In this document: one piece after another, positions 1 through 6,795 of the stretch
Layout of the letters: each line of letters begins with the position of its first letter
Position numbering within the stretch: the first letter of the stretch is position 1
NCBI GenBank assembly: GCA_025349965.1
Contig: CP075337.1
Location: forward strand, 360,001 to 392,000
Reading direction: 5' to 3'
Source: Candidatus Saccharimonadota bacterium
Lineage (GTDB): Bacteria > Patescibacteriota > Saccharimonadia > Saccharimonadales > Saccharimonadaceae
Length of the DNA stretch: 32,000 nucleotides
Made by a program: the position numbers and the translations under genes
The notes under the pieces: generated by a model
What the model was told of the DNA's origin: nothing
The model's database searches: none
Seen by the model: the letters and a program-made list of their open reading frames with translations, nothing else

Positions 1-42
1 GTTACGATTCCGACCGCCTCGGGTGAGCTCAAGGAGGTGTTG

Positions 43-816
43 GTGGATCGTTTGCCTGTTGAGACACAGGGCTTTGGTGGTCGAACGCGTCCGCAGATTA
101 TTGGCGGTGAACAGATCGGCGAGGTATTTCGAATTGGTCATTATGTCAAGACAAGCGCCGCAACTATCGTGGAAGCGGGTTACATGCTTCCGGAGGACTT
201 CGGTGTTGCAGTAGACGAAGATGAGGGCCAGGCGGACGAGGAGCATATCCGGCAAGCGCTTGCTGATATTGAAGTACGACTTGAGGGTGACGTAGACGAT
301 TCCTTGCTTGAATATGAGGGAACCTCACTAGAGCGGGCACGCTCGTGGATAGAAGCATCGTGCCCAGGCCTTATAGATGAGATTGATACCTACCTTTTAA
401 ACGACATTGAAGGTGATAATGAGCCGATTTATGCGCTGAGTAGACTCGATCTTGGTGAGTATGCGGCCGTTAGCGATGAGTTTACGCAGGAGTGTATCGA
501 GATGCATATTAACTATATGCTTAACTTTGATATGAGGGCTCCGTATGAAGTGATACTTAATGGCTATATGGTCTCTGCAGTCGAGGAAGACACAACACTC
601 TACAAAGTCGAAGACCTGCACGTCCTTACATATATGACACAGGTGTACATTGTGCCTCATCCGTCGGCTGATGACGGTGAAGGACTATGGCAAATAAGTG
701 TAGCGGCTAACTTTGTTCACCAAGACCAGAGTTTAGACGGCGCGGAATTTGTTATTCCACTAGATTCAATTAGTGAAGTCAAGTCACAGCGCCGCATGTA
801 TTACGCTGGCCTCTAG
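43..816 (+). CDS. hypothetical acidic protein (about 257 aa), no family recognised
   Basis: Long ORF (track 37..816). AAGGAGG at 31-37 is followed 5 nt later by an in-frame GTG at 43. The frame is also open back to nt 1, so a longer 5'-truncated gene cannot be excluded. The protein is D/E-rich and occupies the position where rpsL-rpsG usually precede fusA. Confidence 0.55.
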   Translation: MDRLPVETQGFGGRTRPQIIGGEQIGEVFRIGHYVKTSAATIVEAGYMLPEDFGVAVDEDEGQADEEHIRQALADIEVRLEGDVDDSLLEYEGTSLERARSWIEASCPGLIDEIDTYLLNDIEGDNEPIYALSRLDLGEYAAVSDEFTQECIEMHINYMLNFDMRAPYEVILNGYMVSAVEEDTTLYKVEDLHVLTYMTQVYIVPHPSADDGEGLWQISVAANFVHQDQSLDGAEFVIPLDSISEVKSQRRMYYAGL

Positions 817-842
817 AAACAAGCCTCCTCTTGTGGTATAAT
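814..842 (+). promoter_or_regulatory. putative sigma70-type promoter of fusA (extended -10)
   Basis: TAGAAA (814-819, 4/6 to TTGACA), then a 17-nt spacer containing TG at 834-835, then TATAAT at 837-842. It lies about 85 nt upstream of the fusA ATG. Confidence 0.4.
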
Positions 843-925
843 AAAACCAAAGTGCTGTTCATTTTGTCAAAAAATAGCAGTCCACAAACGTAATCTAATA
901 ATTTCAAAGGAAGAGCTACACCGTT

Positions 926-3022
926 ATGGCAGCAAAAGACGTCCCACTAAAGGACTATCGCAATATTGGTATTATCGCCCATATTGACGCAGGTAAGACA
1001 ACAACAACCGAAGGTATCTTGTACCGTACTGGTATCAACCACAAGATCGGTCTTGTGAAGGGTGATGATCCAGCTGGTGCAACAACTGACTGGATGGCAC
1101 AGGAAAAAGAGCGTGGTATTACTATTACCTCAGCTGCTGTAACTGCATTCTGGAAGGGTCACAAGATTAACATCATTGACACTCCAGGTCACATCGACTT
1201 TACCGCAGAGGTAGAGCGTTCACTTCGTGTACTCGACGGCGCGGTAACTGTCTTTGACGGCAAGATGGGTGTTGAGGCTCAGACTGAAACTGTATGGCGC
1301 CAAGCAAACAAGTACGGCGTGCCTCGTATCTGTTTCATCAACAAGATCAACCAAATAGGTGGTGATTTCTGGAAGAGCCTTGAATCTATTCACAAGCGTC
1401 TTTCTAAGCAAGCGTTCCCAATTCACATTCCTATTGGATTTGAAAAAGACATCAACGGTGTTGTTGACCTTATCGACATGAAGGCATACACCTACTCTGA
1501 TTACGCTGATAAGGAGCTTATCCCAGGTGAAATCCCAGCAGACATGCTTGAGCGCGCAAAGAACGCTCGTAGCCTTCTTGTAGAAAACGCTGTTGAAGCC
1601 GACGATGAGCTTATGATGAAGTTCCTCGACGAAGGTGAAGATGCAATTACTACTGAAGAACTTAAGTCTGCACTCCGTAAGCGTGTCCTTGCTGGTGACT
1701 TCTTCCTTGTTACTGGTGGTGACGGACGTGGTGTAATCGTTGAAAAGGTGCTTGACCTTGTTGCCGATTACCTCCCATCTCCACTCGACATTGAAGCCGC
1801 TCAAGGTGTAAACCCAAAAACTGGCAACGTTGAAGAGCGTAAGTCTGATTCAAGTGAACCGCTTGCGGCGCTTGCATTCAAGATTGCAACTGACCCATTT
1901 GTTGGTAAGCTTATCTTCATCCGCGTATACTCTGGTGTGCTTAAGGCTGGTAGCTACGTACTCAACACCACTTCAGGTGAAAAAGAGCGCGTTGGACGTA
2001 TCGTCCGTATGCACGCCGACAAGCGCGAAGAAATCTCTGAAGTTACCGCTGGTGACATCGCTGCCGTTGTAGGACTCAAGGATACCTTTACTGGTGCAAC
2101 ACTTGCAGATCCAGCGCACCCAATCCAACTTGAAGGTATCGAATTCCAAGATCCTCCAGTGTCAATTGCTGTTGAGCCAAAGTCTAAGGCTGACCAAGAA
2201 AAAATGGGTATTGCCTTGCAACGCCTCGCTGAAGAAGACCCAACCTTCCGCGTTCGTACTGACGATGAAACGGGCCAGACAATTATGTCAGGTATGGGTG
2301 AGCTTCACCTCGATATTCTCATTGACCGCATGAAGCGTGAATTCAACGTTGAGGCAAACATTGGTGAGCCGCAGGTTGCCTTCCGTGAAGCAATTCGTGG
2401 CATGTCTGAAGCGCAGGGTAAGCACGCTAAGCAGTCCGGTGGACGTGGCCAGTTCGGTGATGTATGGATCCGCTTTGAGCCAACCGAAACTGGTGAAGGC
2501 TTTGAATTTGCTGACGAAATTAAGGGTGGTGTGGTTCCACAAGAGTACCGTAAAGCTGTTGAAAAGGGTATCAAGGATACGCTTGAAGGCGGTGTTATTG
2601 CTGGCTACCCAATGATCGGTGTTAAGGCGACACTTTACGACGGTTCATACCACGACGTTGACTCAAGCGAGCTTGCCTTTAACCTTGCTGGTGTACTTGC
2701 TGTAAAGGCGGGTATCCCGCAGGCGCGTCCGGTAATTCTTGAGCCTGTCATGAAGGTTGAAGTTTCGACTCCAGAAGACTTCATGGGTGATATCATCGGT
2801 GACCTTAACTCTCGCCGTGGGCGCATCGACGCTATGGACGATATCCCTGGTGGCGCTAAGCTTGTCCGTGCCTTTGTGCCACTTGCGAACCTCTTTGGCT
2901 ACACAAACGACATCCGCTCAATGAGCCAAGGTCGTGCTGCATCAACAATGGAAATTGCTCAGTACGAGGAAGTTCCGCCAAATGTTGCACAGGAAATCAT
3001 CGAGAAGCGTACTGCAAAGTAG
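926..3022 (+). CDS. fusA: translation elongation factor G
   Basis: 698-aa ORF. The N-terminus NIGIIAHIDAGKTTTTE carries the G1 motif, followed by DTPGHIDF and NKID-like G motifs, with full-length EF-G domain order. Confidence 0.97.
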   Translation: MAAKDVPLKDYRNIGIIAHIDAGKTTTTEGILYRTGINHKIGLVKGDDPAGATTDWMAQEKERGITITSAAVTAFWKGHKINIIDTPGHIDFTAEVERSLRVLDGAVTVFDGKMGVEAQTETVWRQANKYGVPRICFINKINQIGGDFWKSLESIHKRLSKQAFPIHIPIGFEKDINGVVDLIDMKAYTYSDYADKELIPGEIPADMLERAKNARSLLVENAVEADDELMMKFLDEGEDAITTEELKSALRKRVLAGDFFLVTGGDGRGVIVEKVLDLVADYLPSPLDIEAAQGVNPKTGNVEERKSDSSEPLAALAFKIATDPFVGKLIFIRVYSGVLKAGSYVLNTTSGEKERVGRIVRMHADKREEISEVTAGDIAAVVGLKDTFTGATLADPAHPIQLEGIEFQDPPVSIAVEPKSKADQEKMGIALQRLAEEDPTFRVRTDDETGQTIMSGMGELHLDILIDRMKREFNVEANIGEPQVAFREAIRGMSEAQGKHAKQSGGRGQFGDVWIRFEPTETGEGFEFADEIKGGVVPQEYRKAVEKGIKDTLEGGVIAGYPMIGVKATLYDGSYHDVDSSELAFNLAGVLAVKAGIPQARPVILEPVMKVEVSTPEDFMGDIIGDLNSRRGRIDAMDDIPGGAKLVRAFVPLANLFGYTNDIRSMSQGRAASTMEIAQYEEVPPNVAQEIIEKRTAK

Positions 3023-3033
3023 CACTTGATACG

Positions 3034-3063
3034 AAAAGCGCCTCAATCTATGGGGCGTTTTTT
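3034..3063 (+). terminator. rho-independent terminator after fusA
   Basis: Hairpin 3039-3057 (CGCCTC / GGGGCG including G-U pairs, 7-nt loop) followed by a T-run at 3058-3063. Confidence 0.6.
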
Positions 3064-3107
3064 ATTTACCATAGAACTATTTAATTTTATATCCGTACTA
3101 TGAGAGT

Positions 3108-3755
3108 ATGGAGCAAGCGATATACGAACGACCAAGAGAGAAGCTGCGTCACCACGGGGCGCATTTTCTTACGACAGTAGAGTTACTTCAGGTCTTGATT
3201 GGAGCAGGCACGGCAGGGGTTTCGGGTGCGAAGCTTGCGCGTAAAGTTGCGAAGTCGTTCGCTACTACTGAGCCTAACTACGAAACGCTCATTGTTATAC
3301 ATGGGCTTGGTCATGCAAAGACAAGTCAAATACTCGCAGCGGTTGAGTTTGGCCGACGTATGGTTCGCGAGAATAGTGACGGAGTGCTTGTGCATGATAT
3401 TCCGCGAGAAGTGTTTACTGCCAGTCTCAACGAGGCGATGGGTGCAAAGAGTATGGTGACATGCTGCTGGTTTGACGGTGCTATGACACCAATAGGGCTA
3501 ATGCAGTACCGCACACATCGAGGCGAGCAAAGTGAGTTGCTTGCGCGAAGAATCCTTTCTGATGCATTAGTTGTGTCCGCACGTAATATGTTGATCTTTT
3601 ATCCTGCATCGAGCCGAAGTTTAGTGCCGGAGACGCAAGAAATGAGCTTTGTCCGTACTATTGCTGACATGGCGCGTTATTTTCATATTGAACTCAAGGA
3701 AGTATGTGCATTTCATCAGAAGGAGTATGTGTTTTGGAAGAAAGAGGTGGTGTAA
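3108..3755 (+). CDS. RadC-like (UPF0758) protein with a degenerate JAB/MPN domain
   Basis: The N-terminus YERPREKLRHHGAHFLTTVELLQVLIGAGTAGVSGAKLA...GLGHAKTSQILAAVEFGRR matches the RadC HhH-type N-domain consensus (ERPREKL, ELL, GT.G, GIG.AK, ELGRR). The C-terminal region aligns to the JAB domain, but the HNHPSG...PS..D metal site reads IFYPASSRSLVPETQEM and contains no His. No SD is visible; TACTAT at 3096-3101 ends 6 nt before the ATG. Confidence 0.75.
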   Translation: MEQAIYERPREKLRHHGAHFLTTVELLQVLIGAGTAGVSGAKLARKVAKSFATTEPNYETLIVIHGLGHAKTSQILAAVEFGRRMVRENSDGVLVHDIPREVFTASLNEAMGAKSMVTCCWFDGAMTPIGLMQYRTHRGEQSELLARRILSDALVVSARNMLIFYPASSRSLVPETQEMSFVRTIADMARYFHIELKEVCAFHQKEYVFWKKEVV

Positions 3756-4375
3756 TGAGAGATGTGCCATTTTTACACCAAGGTTTTAGGCAGATGATTG
3801 ACTGGTTTGAGCGAGCTCAAATAGACTATCGGGAACATTTCCTTACGTTATATATTGCGTACAATGCATGGTATAGAGAGGTAACTGGACTGGCGAACGA
3901 TCGTGCTGCGATTCAGATGCTCAAGAAGCGATTTGTTATATGGGATGATTATATCCAGCATCGCACTATGGAGCGGCTAGGGTGCGTAGTGGAGAAAATT
4001 GCCGAAATAACACAAAGAAATCCTCTGCGTATTTCTGCTGTTATGCAATGGTCTGGCGAGGTAGCGGGGCGCGATGATTGGCGGTCACTTATTGAATATT
4101 GGTATTATGTGCGCTGCACCATTGTACACGGAGGGTATATAGATGAGCGGCATGCATATTTGGCGTATGAATCTCTCGGCATTTTCATGGAAGAAATTAT
4201 AGGTCGCGTAAAGATGTGTATTGAAGGATTGAGGACGAGTGAGGCGGACGAACTAACAAGGCTCGCTCAGGCGGGCGCTCAACACACCGAAAGGTTTGTT
4301 CGGCTACAGCAAAAGTTATACCTCAAATATAAAGCCATGCCGAGTGTGCGAGAAGTTGATATGCAGCGTGTATAA
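3755..4375 (+). CDS. hypothetical all-helical protein with an Rx4H (HEPN-like) motif
   Basis: The ATG at 3755 overlaps the radC-like TAA stop (TAATG), indicating translational coupling. I prefer this start to the track's 3704 start. The motif is WRSLIEYWYYVRCTIVHGGY, with R and H separated by 4 residues. The HEPN assignment is an inference from the motif only. Confidence 0.6.
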   Translation: MRDVPFLHQGFRQMIDWFERAQIDYREHFLTLYIAYNAWYREVTGLANDRAAIQMLKKRFVIWDDYIQHRTMERLGCVVEKIAEITQRNPLRISAVMQWSGEVAGRDDWRSLIEYWYYVRCTIVHGGYIDERHAYLAYESLGIFMEEIIGRVKMCIEGLRTSEADELTRLAQAGAQHTERFVRLQQKLYLKYKAMPSVREVDMQRV

Positions 4376-4481
4376 ACCTCTTTACGAACACCGTAAAACA
4401 GGGTATACTAAAGCTATACGTTGTGGAGTCTTTCTTTAGGCTTGCACACGAAATTATAATTTAAAGGAGAACTAACCAAAC

Positions 4482-5663
4482 ATGGCAGATTTCGACCGAA
4501 GCAAGCCGCACGTAAACGTTGGTACTATGGGTCACGTTGACCACGGTAAGACTACTCTTACTGCAGCGATTACTCACGTGCTTGCTAAGAAGCTACCTAG
4601 CGAAGTTAATAAGCCTCGTAACTACGACGAAATTGACAACGCACCAGAAGAAAAGGCACGTGGTATTACCATTGCTTCTTCTCACCAAGAATACGAATCA
4701 GCTAACCGCCACTACGCACACGTAGACATGCCAGGACACGCCGACTATGTTAAGAACATGATCACCGGTGCTGCTCAGGTTGACGGTGCTGTTCTTGTGG
4801 TTGCCGCAACTGACGGTCCACTTCCACAGACACGTGAGCACGTACTTCTTGCTAAGCAAGTTGGTGTGCCTAAGATCGTTGTATTCCTTAACAAGATGGA
4901 CATTGCTGATCCTGAGCTCGTTGAGCTCGTTGAAATGGACATCCGTGAACTTCTTGCTAAGAACGGCTTCGACGAAGATGCTCCAATCATCAAGGGTTCT
5001 GCTGCTAAGGCGCTCGAAGGTGATGCTGCATACGAAGACGCTATCATGGAACTTGTTGACGCTATGGATTCATACATCCCAGAGCCAGCACGCGACATGG
5101 ACAAGGACTTCCTTATGCCTATTGAGGACGTATTCTCAATCAAGGGTCGTGGTACAGTAGCAACTGGTCGTATCGAGCAGGGTGTTATCAACCTTAACGA
5201 CGAAGTTGAAATCGTTGGTATCCGTGATACACAGAAGTCTGTTGTAACAGGTATCGAAGCTTTCAAGAAGAACCTTGACAAGGGTCAGGCTGGTGACAAT
5301 GCTGGTCTTCTCCTCCGCGGTATCGAGCGTACTGACATCGAACGTGGTCAGGTGCTTGCAAAGCCAGGTTCAATCACTCCACACACAGAGTTTGAAGCTG
5401 AAGTATACATCCTTAAGAAGGAAGAAGGCGGACGCCACACTCCATTCTCTAAGGGTTACAAGCCACAGTTCTACTTCCGTACAACTGACGTAACAGGTGA
5501 AGTTGAGCTTCCAGCTGACAAGGAACTTGTTATCCCTGGCGACACACTTACCTTCAAGGTGAACCTTCTCGCTCCTATTGCTATGGAGCAAGGTCTTAAC
5601 TTCGCTATCCGCGAAGGTGGTAAGACTGTTGGTGCTGGTGTTGTTACTAAGATTGTTAAGTAA
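4482..5663 (+). CDS. tuf: translation elongation factor Tu
   Basis: 393-aa ORF with [23 protein letters not shown] and NKMD motifs. AAAGGAGA SD lies 11 nt upstream. Confidence 0.98.
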   Translation: MADFDRSKPHVNVGTMGHVDHGKTTLTAAITHVLAKKLPSEVNKPRNYDEIDNAPEEKARGITIASSHQEYESANRHYAHVDMPGHADYVKNMITGAAQVDGAVLVVAATDGPLPQTREHVLLAKQVGVPKIVVFLNKMDIADPELVELVEMDIRELLAKNGFDEDAPIIKGSAAKALEGDAAYEDAIMELVDAMDSYIPEPARDMDKDFLMPIEDVFSIKGRGTVATGRIEQGVINLNDEVEIVGIRDTQKSVVTGIEAFKKNLDKGQAGDNAGLLLRGIERTDIERGQVLAKPGSITPHTEFEAEVYILKKEEGGRHTPFSKGYKPQFYFRTTDVTGEVELPADKELVIPGDTLTFKVNLLAPIAMEQGLNFAIREGGKTVGAGVVTKIVK

Positions 5664-5680
5664 TACACTACACTTCATAA

Positions 5681-5713
5681 AAATAACCTCTGCCTCGGCG
5701 GGGGTTATTTTTT
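5681..5713 (+). terminator. rho-independent terminator after tuf
   Basis: GC-rich hairpin 5683-5708 (ATAACCTCTGC / GCGGGGGTTAT with G-U pairs) followed by a T-run to 5713. Confidence 0.65.
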
Positions 5714-5748
5714 ATTCGGACGGACTACTAGCTTTTTGATGCAAATTC

Positions 5749-5757
5749 TGCTATAAT
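5749..5757 (+). promoter_or_regulatory. putative extended -10 promoter of rpsJ
   Basis: TGcTATAAT at 5749-5757, about 110 nt upstream of the rpsJ ATG. The -35 element is weak. Confidence 0.35.
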
Positions 5758-5867
5758 AAGAGAATACTACTAACTACTCCGAGAACTCAGCCAGCCAAGA
5801 GAAGATTTGATGCGAGCAGAGGTTACGGAGTCGCAGTTCAGCGATACGAACAGGGAGCTATTTTATT

Positions 5868-6185
5868 ATGGCAAAAGAAGAAGGACTTAAGATCCGTATT
5901 CGCCTTAAGGCATACGATCACAAGGTAATTGACCAGTCTGCAAAGCAGATTATCGACACAGCAATTCGCACCGGAGCGTCTATTGCTGGTCCAGTGCCTC
6001 TTCCAACACGTCGCAGTACTTTCACGGTTGTGAAGTCACCACACGTGTACAAGAAGGGTGGTGAAACATTTGAGATGCGCGTACACAAGCGTCTTATTGA
6101 CATCACTAACGCGACTCCAAAGACTATTGATAGTCTTCAGAACCTCAGCCTCCCGGCTGGCGTTGATGCTGAAATCCGTATGTAA
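5868..6185 (+). CDS. rpsJ: 30S ribosomal protein S10
   Basis: 105-aa [29 protein letters not shown]...[24 protein letters not shown] is typical uS10. Confidence 0.97.
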   Translation: MAKEEGLKIRIRLKAYDHKVIDQSAKQIIDTAIRTGASIAGPVPLPTRRSTFTVVKSPHVYKKGGETFEMRVHKRLIDITNATPKTIDSLQNLSLPAGVDAEIRM

Positions 6186-6233
6186 TACGGTTCAGTTTAC
6201 TTGTGCGAAACGTGCTAGTATGCTGAAAATTCT

Positions 6234-6267
6234 TAAAAAATACCCCTCATCTACGAGGGGTATTTTG
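6234..6267. terminator. bidirectional rho-independent terminator (rpsJ on +, KA-rich gene on -)
   Basis: Perfect 9-bp stem ATACCCCTC/GAGGGGTAT (6240-6263), flanked by an A-run on the left and a T-run on the right. It lies between two convergent genes. Confidence 0.7.
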
Positions 6268-6280
6268 ATATATCCGTATA

Positions 6281-6649
6281 CTACAGGGCGGCGTCTATAA
6301 GTTGTTGGTCGAGGAGATTAATAACCTCGTACTGAGTTTTAAGGATCCAAAGTTGAGCAAAAATAATTACGCTTACAAGAATAAGCCAGTATACGGTTTG
6401 ACGTGTAATTGCGAAACTCTTAAATGGCGGTTGATCACCGGCGACGTGGAATGAGCGCATCTTGGCCGTCTTTTTAGCGGCTACCTTGCGGGTTGTCGGT
6501 GCCTTCCGAGCGGTAGAGTTAGCTGTACGCTTAGCGACTGGTTTTTTAGCTGTTGATTTAGCAGCTACCGTCTTTTTAACTGGTGCCTTCCGAGCAGTAG
6601 ACGCCTTAGATGTCGTCTTTTTTGCTGCTGGTTTTTTCGTTGTTGCCAT
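6281..6649 (-). CDS. membrane-anchored Lys/Ala-rich (histone H1-like) basic protein
   Basis: 122-aa ORF. The N-terminal ~65 aa are K/A/T/P low-complexity with an internal repeat (STARKAPVKKTVAAK / STARKAPTTRKVAAK). A single hydrophobic helix VYWLILVSVIIFAQLWIL lies near the C-terminus. AGGGG SD sits 5 nt upstream of the ATG. Confidence 0.7.
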   Translation of the reverse strand: MATTKKPAAKKTTSKASTARKAPVKKTVAAKSTAKKPVAKRTANSTARKAPTTRKVAAKKTAKMRSFHVAGDQPPFKSFAITRQTVYWLILVSVIIFAQLWILKTQYEVINLLDQQLIDAAL

Positions 6650-6753
6650 AGATGCCCCTATATAACTACATATGGTAGATTAATAAATCTTATGCTTAGA
6701 GTATGACAAAGAATAGTAAAAAACACAAGGGGAATGCGACCCCATAGGGCTTG

Positions 6754-6762
6754 TGGTATACT
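6754..6762 (+). promoter_or_regulatory. putative extended -10 promoter of the pilin-RCC1 gene
   Basis: CTTGTGGTATACT, with TGgTATACT at 6754-6762. This is nearly identical to the fusA promoter string CTTGTGGTATAAT. Confidence 0.35.
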
Positions 6763-6795
6763 AGCAGTAATAAATGAGCGACAAAAGGGGTTGGT

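Noticed and set aside
1220-5281. Several 130-194-aa ORFs inside fusA and tuf (e.g. 1220..1804 -, 4768..5160 +, 4775..5281 -)
   Set aside because: These are alternative or antisense frames of highly conserved EF-G and EF-Tu genes. Their translations are low-complexity and unrecognisable.
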